Shown here piece by piece: positions 11,686 to 21,216 of a DNA stretch of 52,803 nucleotides. This stretch comes from an uncultured Hyphomicrobiales bacterium. Its GTDB lineage: Bacteria > Bacteroidota > Ignavibacteria > Kapaibacteriales > UBA2268. Within the stretch, counting starts at the first letter, position 1; every line of letters begins with the position of its first letter. A program made the translations under genes and the position numbers. Location of the stretch: NCBI GenBank assembly GCA_964589125.1, contig CAZPSM010000002.1:1-52803 (forward strand), written 5' to 3'. The notes below the pieces were generated by a model. It saw only the letters and a list, made by a program, of their open reading frames with translations, was not told the DNA's origin and made no database searches.

Positions 11686-13772
11686 ATGTTCGATATAAAA
11701 AAAGTAAGAAATATAGGCATTGCCGCACACATTGATTCGGGGAAAACAACCCTAAGCGAAAGAATCCTTTTTTATACCGGTAAAATCCATCAAATCGTCG
11801 AAGTTCGTGATAAGTCGGGAGCTGGTCCAACACTCGATTCAATGGCTCTGGAACGCGAAAAAGGAATAACTATTCAATCTGCCTCGACTTTTTTCGAGTG
11901 GAAAAATTACCATATAAACCTCATTGATACTCCCGGACACATTGATTTTACCGTCGAAGTCGAAAGAGCTTTGCGTGTGCTCGACGGGGCAATCCTTGTC
12001 CTTTGCGGTGTATCGGGTGTTCAAAGCCAAACAATTACTGTCGATAGGCAAATTCGCCGTTACAATGTTCCGCGTCTTGTATCAATAAAGTTGACCGTTC
12101 GGGTGCAAACCCCGATAAAGTTCTTCAACAAATGAAGGAAAAACTTTCGCTCCGCCCTATTTTGCTTACAATGCCAATTGGACTCGAAGACCAATTCGAA
12201 GGGGTTGTTGATTTAATTAATAGAAAAGCAATTTATTTCGAAGGTGCAAATGGAGAATTCGTTGTCGAACGGGATATTCCTCAAGATTTAATCGACGAGG
12301 CTGAATATCGTCGCTTGCAGATTATCGAAACACTTGCAGATTTCGATGACGAAATAGCCGAAAAATTCCTTTCGGACGAAGAAGTTGAACACGATAAACT
12401 TCTTCGAACGATTCGAAGATTGACTATTGCACAGATGGTAACACCGGTTTATGTTGGAACTGCAAAGAAAAATAAGGGAGTCCAGCCTTTGCTCGATGGG
12501 GTAACTCTTTTCTTGCCCGACCCTACCGAAAGAATTAACGAAGCGCTGGACCTCGATAACAACGAAGAACGGGTACCGTTAGATTGTAGTCCTAATAAAC
12601 CTTTCGTGGGATTAGCATTTAAACTCGAAGACGGTCGCTACGGGCAATTAACTTATATGCGAATATATCAAGGAAAAGTTCGCAAAGGGGATTTTATTTA
12701 CAACATCAAATCTAAAAAGAAGATAAAAGTTCCACGTATAGTTCGGATGCATGCACAAGAAATGCATGATATAGAAGAGGCTTATGCTGGCGATATCGTT
12801 GCTATGTTTGGTGTCGAATGTTATTCGGGCGATACATTTACCGATGGAAGCGTCAACCTATCGATGACTTCAATGTATGTTCCAACACCGGTGATTGAAC
12901 TTTCGGTTGCTCCGAAAGAAAAAACTGCCTTACCAAATTTTTCGAAAGCGCTGAACAGATTTCAAAAGGAGGACCCGACATTCCAAGTGACCCGCGACGA
13001 AGAGAGCGGTGAAACAATAATTAAAGGAATGGGAGAACTCCATCTCGAGATATATATTGAGCGAATAAAACGAGAATACAATTGCGAAGTTGTTATTGGT
13101 AAGCCAAAAGTTGCCTACCGGGAAACGATTCTTCGCCTTTCGGAATTTAATTATACTCATAAGAAACAAACCGGTGGAGCAGGGCAGTTCGCTCGGGTAG
13201 CCGGATACATCGAACCTATCGAGCCACACGAAGGCAAAGAATATGAATTTGTCGATAAAATTGTTGGCGGAGTGATACCAAAGGAGTATATCCCAGCGTG
13301 CGATAAAGGTTTCCACGAACAATTACTCGAAGGAATCTTGATTGGGCAACCAATTGTGAATGTCCGAGTTGTTCTTAACGATGGGCAAACCCATCCGGTG
13401 GATTCTTCGGAAATGGCATTTAAGTTGGCTTCGAAATATGCTATAAAAGAAGCATTGGCAAAGGCTTCGCCAGTTATTTTAGAACCTATTATGAAATTGG
13501 AAGTAACTGCACCCGAGGAGTTCCAAGGTAATATAATTGGACAAATTAACCAACGGCGGGGAATTATACACAACACACGAATAGAAAATGCTTTCGTTGT
13601 TGTAGAAGCCGAAGTCCCGCTGAAAGAAATGTTCGGTTATTCATCGGAACTGAGAAGTGCGACGCAAGGAAAAGGAGAATTTACGATGGAATTCTTGCGT
13701 TATGCACAAGTTCCTAAATCGGTTCAAGATGAGATAATCGAAGAGTACAAGAAAAACAAAGCGAAGAAATAA
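11686..13772 (+). pseudogene. EF-G paralogue (mitochondrial EF-G1 / spd-EFG1-like), frameshifted near 12079-12083
   Basis: Two ORFs (11662-12135 and 12132-13772) together make one EF-G. G1 is AHIDSGKT and G3 is DTPGH. The frame changes just before [11 protein letters not shown], which reads on the second frame from 12081. The domain IV tip HKKQTGGAGQF and HPVDSSE are intact. Confidence 0.85.
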
Positions 13773-13860
13773 AATATTTGAAAGTATATAAAACCTTTGT
13801 AGTAAGTGAAAACAATAATTCCCCGTTTTTTTATAATTTGCTTATTTGGTTTGCTTAAAA

Positions 13861-14757
13861 ATGGACGAGTTGTTCGAAAATAGAGAAGAGAAATTCCAAA
13901 AGAATCCCAACGAAGCGGCAAAAACTGAAAATGGTGATGTAAATGATTTAGAGCCGGGGAAGTGGCGCGAATACGAAGAAACACTAAATCTGCAATATTT
14001 CACTATTTGGGATACACCCGAACGTGACCCATATAATTGGACAAAGCATACAATACATGGTAATTCCCCCGTCGAAATTCCTCGTCAATGTATGCTACGT
14101 TTTTCGAAAGAAGGGGATTTGCTGCTCGACCCATTTTGTGGCTCTGGAACAACGTTGGTTGTTGCAGCACACCTGAAACGAAAGTGTATCGGTATCGAAA
14201 TAAACCCCAACATCGCTCAACTTGCAAAACTTAACTTGGAACAACAGACACTTGAGTTCGACAATGGGGAATTATCTTCTTGGTTAAGACAACAAGAAAT
14301 TATTATTGGCGATTCTACAAAATTACTCGATATGGGGTTTCAACCAGAAAGTTTCGATTTTTCCTTTGCTCATCCTCCATATTGGGAACTTGTTAATTAT
14401 AGCGAAGAATATGGCAATGTTGATGGGGACTTGTCGAACGAAACTTCTCTGGAAGGTTTCTTACAAAAATTAGGGGTGGTTTTCTCGGGGGTGTTCCATA
14501 TGTTAAAAAAGGGGCGATTCTTTTGTGTATTAATTGGAGAAGATTTTAAAAAAGGAGGTAAAACGATACCATTAGATTTCTACGCAATGCAAGTTGGAAT
14601 GGAAATTGGCTTCGAGTTTTACTCCAAAGTGATTAAGGTTACTCGATTTGCGAGTTCAAGGCAAGGAAAAATTAATATCAACAAATATCGCTCGCTTCGT
14701 TCTAATTATTTCATTTGCAACCACGATTATGTTATTATTTTCAAGAAACCAAAATGA
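13861..14757 (+). CDS. type II DNA methyltransferase (N6-A or N4-C class), motif I upstream of motif IV
   Basis: SAM-binding motif LLLDPFCGSGTT followed by CIGIEINPNIAQLAKLNL, then catalytic FDFSFAHPPYW about 80 aa downstream. ATG 13861. The stop overlaps the downstream nuclease ATG (ATGA). Confidence 0.8.
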   Translation: MDELFENREEKFQKNPNEAAKTENGDVNDLEPGKWREYEETLNLQYFTIWDTPERDPYNWTKHTIHGNSPVEIPRQCMLRFSKEGDLLLDPFCGSGTTLVVAAHLKRKCIGIEINPNIAQLAKLNLEQQTLEFDNGELSSWLRQQEIIIGDSTKLLDMGFQPESFDFSFAHPPYWELVNYSEEYGNVDGDLSNETSLEGFLQKLGVVFSGVFHMLKKGRFFCVLIGEDFKKGGKTIPLDFYAMQVGMEIGFEFYSKVIKVTRFASSRQGKININKYRSLRSNYFICNHDYVIIFKKPK

Positions 14758-15722
14758 CCCACTCCGAAGTTATTCAAGTTGTTTCTAATTGATTTAAACA
14801 AAAATCCGAGGTTGAAATTGTAACTCGATTTAGTTATGCTTTTCCGGTACCGGACATTCAGGTTCAGTTTACCGATGGGACATTAGCCCAAATAGAGTGT
14901 AAGCCAAGCAATGCAAATAGAAGAGAATATCTTACAGGATTAGGGCAAGCAATAGCATTCTGTCGTCACTCCGATAAAGCATACTTAGCATTGCCGACGA
15001 ATGAGTATAACTTGATGAAAGAATGGATCTGGACAAATTTTATCGGTATAATTCGTGTTGAACCGAATAGTGTAGTTGTCGAACGGGAACCAGAGCCTCC
15101 CCTAAATGTATTAATTTCGAAAGAACCTATTAAAAGAGGATATGCATACTATCGTGACCTTAAGTTTTTCGAAATTTACCGGGTATTACAATCGATTTAC
15201 AATGCTTTGAGTAGAACAAAAGATAGAAAGGCGATAGACCAAGAAATATGGAAGAGTGTAACCGAACTAAGGGATTGGCATTCATCGAAACAATCGCATT
15301 TGTTGAACATTAAATTGTTGCTACGAGACCTCAAGCTTTTTGATATTCATTCATATGATATATTGCCTTTGGGTATCGAACTTTTGTCAATTGAACCCGA
15401 GAATAAAAATAAAATAAAAGAGCTAATCCGAAAAATATTCTTGATTGAAGGAAACTATATCGATATAGTTGGATTAATTCAGGAAGTTAATGATGCTTAT
15501 GAGTCTTTTGAAAATAGGGCAATTTTTAATAAACATCTAGAAGAAGCAATTTTATTGGATAAATTAGCTAGCAAAGATACCAATGTAAAAAGAGATTTGA
15601 AGGACATTTTAGGAATCTTGAAAGAATTGGAAATAATTGGTGGTTGGAAAAAGGTAGGTGTTCAAGGCGGCAAATATCCAGTGATATGGAAAAATATTAT
15701 TCATTTTGTAAAGTTTAGGTAA
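14754..15722 (+). pseudogene. PD-(D/E)xK restriction endonuclease candidate with in-frame TGA at 14790-14792
   Basis: ATG 14754 is coupled to the methyltransferase stop. After the TGA at codon 13, the same frame reads ..FPVPD(14850-14855)IQVQFTDGTLAQIECK(14895-14903).., a PD...ExK motif. The track ORF (14991-15722, TTG start) begins downstream of this motif. Confidence 0.6.
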
Positions 15723-15917
15723 ATTTATTGTGATTGCTTCGTTTTGAGTTTTTCTGCTGGCTTGAATTTGCGAAAAAACTCTTGTTAGAATGATTCCGAC
15801 TTTATTGTGTTTAAAATAAAATTTTTTTGAATTTGCTTTTGTATTTAATTTTTTTGTAATTTTGTAGTCTCTTTATTTTGATTTTTGTTAAAAGTAGGTA
15901 TTTAAGGGAGATATTGA

Positions 15918-16304
15918 GTGCCAACAATAAGTCAATTGATTAGGAAACCAAGGAGGAAGGTAACTCGCAAGAGCAAGTCGCCAGCGTTATCGAGTTGTCC
16001 ACAGCGGCGTGGTGTTTGTACACGTGTTTATACAACGACGCCGAAGAAGCCAAATTCAGCCTTGCGGAAAGTTGCCCGTGTTCGTTTAAGTTCTGGATAT
16101 GAAGTTACAGCATATATTCCGGGCGAAGGACATAATTTGCAGGAGCACTCAATTGTATATGTGCGTGGAGGTCGTGTTAAGGATTTGCCCGGTGTTCGTT
16201 ACCATATCGTTCGTGGTGTTGCCGATACCCAAGGTGTCGATGGCAGAAAACAAGGACGTTCGAAATATGGTTCTAAACGACCTAAACAAGCAGCATCGAA
16301 ATAA
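15918..16304 (+). CDS. rpsL: 30S ribosomal protein S12
   Basis: GTG start after [18 protein letters not shown]..., [10 protein letters not shown], and [17 protein letters not shown]. Confidence 0.97.
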   Translation: MPTISQLIRKPRRKVTRKSKSPALSSCPQRRGVCTRVYTTTPKKPNSALRKVARVRLSSGYEVTAYIPGEGHNLQEHSIVYVRGGRVKDLPGVRYHIVRGVADTQGVDGRKQGRSKYGSKRPKQAASK

Positions 16305-16339
16305 AAAATTAAGATGTTAATTAAAAAATAATTTATAGA

Positions 16340-16807
16340 ATGAGAAAGAAGAGAGCGGAAAAAAGAACAATTGAAGTTGACCCAAGGTATCACGATTTAG
16401 TTGTGGCACGCTTTATTAATACTATATTGAGAAAAGGGAAAAAGAGTCTTGCCCGAAAAATTGTTTACGATGCTTTCGAAATTATTAGCCAAAAATCGAA
16501 ACAGGACCCATTAGAAGTTTTTAGAAAGGCAATATCGAACGTAGCTCCAGTTATTGAAGTTCGCTCTCGTCGTATTGGTGGAGCTACCTATCAAGTGCCA
16601 GTAGATGTTCGCGAAGACAGAAGAATTTCGTTAGCCTTACGGTGGCTAAGGTTATATGCAAAGTCAAGAAAAGAAAAGTCGATGAGCGCGCGTTTAGCAT
16701 CTGAAATTCTCGCAGCAGCCAACGGAGAAGGTGCCTCTGTCAAAAAGCGCGAAGATACGCACCGAATGGCAGAAGCTAACAAAGCTTTTGCTCATTTCAA
16801 GTGGTAA
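16340..16807 (+). CDS. rpsG: 30S ribosomal protein S7
   Basis: S7 motifs ([27 protein letters not shown]). Located after rpsL. Confidence 0.97.
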   Translation: MRKKRAEKRTIEVDPRYHDLVVARFINTILRKGKKSLARKIVYDAFEIISQKSKQDPLEVFRKAISNVAPVIEVRSRRIGGATYQVPVDVREDRRISLALRWLRLYAKSRKEKSMSARLASEILAAANGEGASVKKREDTHRMAEANKAFAHFKW

Positions 16808-16852
16808 AAAAATGCGTCTGTTCTTTGTCAATTGATATGCTGGAAGTGTGTT

Positions 16853-18907
16853 ATGCCTCGCACGGTTGAAATATCGAAAGTCCGGAATATCGGAATAATG
16901 GCACATATCGATGCGGGGAAAACAACCACTACAGAAAGATTTTTGTTCTACACTGGCTTTCTTCATCGCCCCGGGGAAGTTGACGAAGGAACTGCTTTTA
17001 TGGATTATATGGAGCAGGAGAAAGAACGTGGAATTACTATTACTTCGGCAGCCACAACTTTTTTCTGGAATGAACATCAAATTAATCTTATAGATACTCC
17101 GGGCCACGTGGATTTCACTGCCGAAGTTCAACGTTCTCTAAGAGTTCTCGACGGTGCTATTGCTATCTTTTGTGCCGTTGGTGGTGTCGAACCGCAGTCG
17201 GAAACAGTATGGCACCAAGCGGAATTATACAATGTTCCGCGTATTGCCTATGTAAACAAGATGGACCGATTAGGCGCCGATTTTTTCCATGTTCTTGATA
17301 TGATGAAAACAAAGCTAAACGCAAATCCCGTTCCAGTAGTACTTCCAATTGGTTCGGAAGATACTTTTTCCGGTGTGATTGATTTAATTTCCGAAAAAGC
17401 AATATTTTTCGATGACGAAACCAAAGGCTTGAAATTCTCATATACCGATATTCCAGATGATTATAAAGAAATTTCTTTGGAGTGGCGGGAAAAGTTGATT
17501 GAATCGGTAGCAGAAATCGATGATTTTCTACTCGAAAAGTACTTGAAAGAAGGGGTATTATCCGAAAGTGAAATTAAGTCGGGGTTGCGAAAAGGAACGC
17601 TTTCGAATAGGTTGGTTCCTGTTCTATGTGGGTCGTCGAAAAAATATATTGGAATTCAGCCTTTGCTCAATGCTATTCTGGACTATTTGCCATCCCCAGC
17701 CGATATTGGCGAATTCTTTGGTTTCGATGTCAATCGTTACGACAAAAAGGTAGTGAGGAAGGCAAACGATTCGGAGCCGTTTTCTGGGATTGCATTCAAG
17801 ATACTTTCCGACCCTTATCTAAAGAAACTGACCTTTGTTAGAATATATTCTGGCTCGCTGAAAGTAGGGCAATCTGTTCTAAATGCAAGTGTTGGCAAAA
17901 GGGAACGGATTCAAAAAATATTGCGACTCTATGCAAACCGCAAGGAGGAAATTTCCGAAGTTTTTAGCGGTGAAATAGTCGCTTTCCCAGACCTTAGAGT
18001 AACAAAGACCGGCGATACTCTTTGCGAGGAAAAGCATCCTATTCTGTTTGAACGTATTCTGTTTGCCGAACCCGTAATTAATCAGAGAATCGAGGCAAAA
18101 ACACTTGCCGATAGAGACAAATTGATTGATTGCTTGAACAAGTTTCTCGACGAAGACCCAACCTTCAAATATAAATTCGATGAGGAAAGTGGCGAAATTA
18201 TCATTAGCGGAGTTGGGGAATTGCATCTTGAAATACTTGTTGACCGTTTGAAACGGGAAAATAATTTGGATGTTCGAATCGGTAAACCGCAGGTTGCTTA
18301 TCGCGAGACAATTCTCGAGCCGTTCGAGCAAGAATATAGTTTCGAGCGGCAGATTTCTGGAAAAAACAATTTCGGATTTGTAAAAATACTTATTAAACCA
18401 ATGCATCAAGGCTCGGGAAATACAATTAAGTTTAGCATCGATGACAAAGAGCTTCCCCGCTCGTTCTGGCCTGTTATTGAAGAAGGAATTAGGGAAGGTC
18501 TTCAAATAGGCTTCCTTGGGTATCCCGTAACCGACGTCGAAGTAGAAGTCGTAGGTTCTAAGTATGAAAGAGAAAATTATACAGAATTGGGATATAAAAT
18601 TGCTTCTTCAATAGCAGTTCGTGAAGCATTAAGAAAAGCAAAATCAGTGTTGCTCGAACCTGTTTTTAAGGTGGAAATAGTTTTACCGGAAGAATACGTT
18701 GGCGATGTAATTTCCGATTTCAATTCGAGAAAAGGAAAGATAGAACAAATAGACCAGAGAGGGAATATCCAAGTTGTCAAAGGAGTTGCTCCGCTTTCGG
18801 AAATGTTCGGCTATGTAACTTCTCTTCGCTCCTTGACCCAAGGGCGTGCATCATACACGATGGAATTTTCGCACTACGAGCCTGTAGAACAGAAATCGTT
18901 CAATTGA
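16853..18907 (+). CDS. fusA: elongation factor G, str-operon copy with divergent domain IV tip
   Basis: ATG 16853 ([25 protein letters not shown]). G motifs are intact (DTPGH, NKMD), and the [20 protein letters not shown] tail is present. The domain IV loops read [10 protein letters not shown] and [11 protein letters not shown] instead of the canonical sequences. Confidence 0.93.
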   Translation: MPRTVEISKVRNIGIMAHIDAGKTTTTERFLFYTGFLHRPGEVDEGTAFMDYMEQEKERGITITSAATTFFWNEHQINLIDTPGHVDFTAEVQRSLRVLDGAIAIFCAVGGVEPQSETVWHQAELYNVPRIAYVNKMDRLGADFFHVLDMMKTKLNANPVPVVLPIGSEDTFSGVIDLISEKAIFFDDETKGLKFSYTDIPDDYKEISLEWREKLIESVAEIDDFLLEKYLKEGVLSESEIKSGLRKGTLSNRLVPVLCGSSKKYIGIQPLLNAILDYLPSPADIGEFFGFDVNRYDKKVVRKANDSEPFSGIAFKILSDPYLKKLTFVRIYSGSLKVGQSVLNASVGKRERIQKILRLYANRKEEISEVFSGEIVAFPDLRVTKTGDTLCEEKHPILFERILFAEPVINQRIEAKTLADRDKLIDCLNKFLDEDPTFKYKFDEESGEIIISGVGELHLEILVDRLKRENNLDVRIGKPQVAYRETILEPFEQEYSFERQISGKNNFGFVKILIKPMHQGSGNTIKFSIDDKELPRSFWPVIEEGIREGLQIGFLGYPVTDVEVEVVGSKYERENYTELGYKIASSIAVREALRKAKSVLLEPVFKVEIVLPEEYVGDVISDFNSRKGKIEQIDQRGNIQVVKGVAPLSEMFGYVTSLRSLTQGRASYTMEFSHYEPVEQKSFN

Positions 18908-18974
18908 CATTGAATTATGAAGATTTTATTTTTATTTTTTGTAATAAATGTTTGTTAATTAAAGGAGTTAAGAA

Positions 18975-20186
18975 ATGGCGAAAGAAAAATTTGACCGTTC
19001 AAAACCACATATTAATGTTGGAACAATCGGTCACGTCGATCATGGTAAGACTACTCTTACCGCTGCAATTACTATGGCTTTGCATAAGAAAGGAACGTCG
19101 TCGCAAATTCGAACATTCGATTCAATTGACAATGCACCCGAAGAACGCGCACGTGGAATCACAATTGCAACAGCACACGTTGAATACACAACGGAGAAAC
19201 GGCATTATGCACACGTCGATTGCCCCGGACACGCCGATTACATCAAGAATATGATTACCGGCGCAGCACAAATGGATGGTGCAATACTTGTTGTTGCTGC
19301 CGATGATGGTCCGATGCCTCAAACTCGCGAGCACGTGCTTCTTGCTCATCAGGTTAATGTGCCCTACATTGTGGTGTTTATGAACAAAGTTGATATTGCC
19401 GACCCCGAACTCCTCGACTTAATTGAAATGGAAGTCCGTGAACTTTTAACAAAATATGATTTTCCCGGCGATGAAATTCCAATTATCAGAGGTTCCGCAC
19501 TTCTTGCTATGCAAGCAGGAGCAGACCCGAACGTCGGACCCGACGACCCACGGCTCCAATGCATTTATGAATTAATGGATGCTGTCGATAATTATATCCC
19601 AACGCCTCAACGCGATATTGAAAAACCATTCTTGATGCCAGTTGAAGACGTGTTCTCGATTACTGGTCGTGGAACCGTCGGGACCGGAAGAATTGAACGA
19701 GGAATCGTTCGCCTAAACGATGAAGTCGAGATTGTAGGGTTTGGATTACATAAAAAGACTACTGTTACTGGTATCGAAATGTTCAGAAAAATTTTGGACG
19801 AAGGTGTTGCTGGCGACAACGTTGGGTTATTGCTTCGTGGTATAGATAAAAACGAGTTGGAACGCGGAATGGTTATTGCAAAGCCCGGCTCGATTACACC
19901 ACATCATAAGTTTAATGCGCAGGTTTATGTTCTGACTAAAGAGGAAGGTGGACGCCATACTCCGTTCTTCCCTGGCTATCGGCCACAATTTTATTTCCGA
20001 ACGACAGATGTTACCGGTGTGATTCAACTTCCCGCTGGTGTCGATATGGTTATGCCCGGCGACAATCTTGACAACATTACGATTGAGTTGATTACAACTG
20101 TTGCTATGGAAGAGGGCTTGCGTTTCGCTATCCGCGAAGGTGGCAGAACAGTCGGGGCTGGCGTTGTAACAAAAATTATTGAATAA
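18975..20186 (+). CDS. tuf: elongation factor Tu
   Basis: [40 protein letters not shown]. 403 aa. Confidence 0.98.
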   Translation: MAKEKFDRSKPHINVGTIGHVDHGKTTLTAAITMALHKKGTSSQIRTFDSIDNAPEERARGITIATAHVEYTTEKRHYAHVDCPGHADYIKNMITGAAQMDGAILVVAADDGPMPQTREHVLLAHQVNVPYIVVFMNKVDIADPELLDLIEMEVRELLTKYDFPGDEIPIIRGSALLAMQAGADPNVGPDDPRLQCIYELMDAVDNYIPTPQRDIEKPFLMPVEDVFSITGRGTVGTGRIERGIVRLNDEVEIVGFGLHKKTTVTGIEMFRKILDEGVAGDNVGLLLRGIDKNELERGMVIAKPGSITPHHKFNAQVYVLTKEEGGRHTPFFPGYRPQFYFRTTDVTGVIQLPAGVDMVMPGDNLDNITIELITTVAMEEGLRFAIREGGRTVGAGVVTKIIE

Positions 20187-20213
20187 TTAAAAATTAAACA
20201 AAAAATGATTATA

Positions 20214-20230
20214 ATTGCTCGCGTCGAGCA
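20214..20230 (+). other. 7-bp hairpin in the tuf-rpsJ spacer
   Basis: TTGCTCG-cgt-CGAGCAA is a perfect inverted repeat. No T run follows, so it is not a clear terminator. It could be a processing or attenuation element ahead of the S10 operon. Confidence 0.3.
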
Positions 20231-20255
20231 AAGGTAAATTTTAAGGGAGAAAGAA

Positions 20256-20567
20256 GTGGCAACAACACAGAGAATTAGGATTAAACTGAAGTCGTATGAC
20301 CATTATTTGATTGATAAGTCGGCAGAACGAATTGTTCGGACTGTGAAGCAAACGGGTGCGATGGTCTCCGGTCCGATTCCATTGCCAACACGTAGAACAG
20401 TTTATACAGTGTTGCGTTCTCCCCATGTGGACAAGAAATCCCGAGAGCAATTCGAGATGCGTGTCCATAAAAGGTTAATCGACATTTTTAGTTCATCGCA
20501 AAGAACAATCGATGCATTGATGAAGTTGGAACTTCCCGCTGGTGTCGATGTTGAAGTAAAAGTTTAA
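20256..20567 (+). CDS. rpsJ: 30S ribosomal protein S10
   Basis: GTG start after [34 protein letters not shown]. Confidence 0.96.
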   Translation: MATTQRIRIKLKSYDHYLIDKSAERIVRTVKQTGAMVSGPIPLPTRRTVYTVLRSPHVDKKSREQFEMRVHKRLIDIFSSSQRTIDALMKLELPAGVDVEVKV

Positions 20568-20575
20568 ATAAGGTA

Positions 20576-21208
20576 ATGAATATGGGAGCAGCATTGTTAG
20601 GAAAAAAGTTAGGAATGACGAGTTTCTTTACCGACAAAGGCGAACAGATACCTTGCACTGTAATAGAAGCTGGACCATGTTCTGTTGTAAATATAAGAAC
20701 AACACAGAAAGATGGTTACGATGCAGTCCAATTAGGCTATGGCAATCGTTCGCACAAGCGGGTAAATAAGCCTCTTAGCAAGTATTTTGAAAAGCGTAAT
20801 CTAAAGCCTACGCGATGGCTCCGTGAGTTTCGGAATTTCGACATCGCCGTCGAGCCGGGAACTATTCTTTACGTTGGAGAACTCTTTAAGAAAGGCGATA
20901 AAATTAAGATTTCTGGGACGAGCAAAGGACGCGGTTTCCAGGGTGTTGTTAAACGTCATCATTTCGGTGGCGTTGGTATGACAACCCACGGGCAATCCGA
21001 TAGAGTTCGAGCGCCCGGTTCAATCGGCTCATCGTCGTATCCTTCGAGAGTTTTCAAGGGTTTACGAATGGCTGGCAGAATGGGTGGCAAACGCTCTTCA
21101 ATCAGAAATCTCGAAGTTATAGAGGTGATACCCGAACAAAATTTATTGCTCGTTAAAGGTGGTGTTCCGGGCCCAGTTAACGGTTTATTGGAAATAGTAA
21201 AGTTATAG
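20576..21208 (+). CDS. rplC: 50S ribosomal protein L3
   Basis: LLGKKLGMTSFF, GTSKGRGFQGVVKRHHF. The start may instead be the third codon (ATG 20582). Confidence 0.95.
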   Translation: MNMGAALLGKKLGMTSFFTDKGEQIPCTVIEAGPCSVVNIRTTQKDGYDAVQLGYGNRSHKRVNKPLSKYFEKRNLKPTRWLREFRNFDIAVEPGTILYVGELFKKGDKIKISGTSKGRGFQGVVKRHHFGGVGMTTHGQSDRVRAPGSIGSSSYPSRVFKGLRMAGRMGGKRSSIRNLEVIEVIPEQNLLLVKGGVPGPVNGLLEIVKL

Positions 21209-21216
21209 GCAAAAAA

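Noticed and set aside
12079-12090. Programmed -1 ribosomal frameshift in the EF-G paralogue.
   Set aside because: There is no X XXY YYZ slippery heptamer. Slipping at ATA AAG would remove the Asn of the NKxD motif. The conserved reading requires the switch at 12079-12083 plus extra nucleotides.
14790-14792. The in-frame TGA in the nuclease could indicate a TGA-sense genetic code (code 4 or 25) or selenocysteine.
   Set aside because: TGA ends rplA (2109-2111), rplP, rplE, fusA, rplR, rpsE and rlmN at their conserved C-termini. I saw no SECIS-like hairpin directly downstream.
15827-15864. A match to a Bacteroidota-style promoter (TTG ... TAATTTTG resembling TAnnTTTG) upstream of rpsL.
   Set aside because: The spacer is very AT-rich, so such matches arise easily. 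The lineage is unknown, and the genes here use clear Shine-Dalgarno sites, unlike typical Bacteroidota.
17879-18505. 208-codon ORF antisense to fusA, along with similar antisense or alternate-frame ORFs inside rpoB, rpoC, tuf and secY.
   Set aside because: They lie entirely within strongly conserved genes on the other strand or frame, and they have no recognisable motifs.
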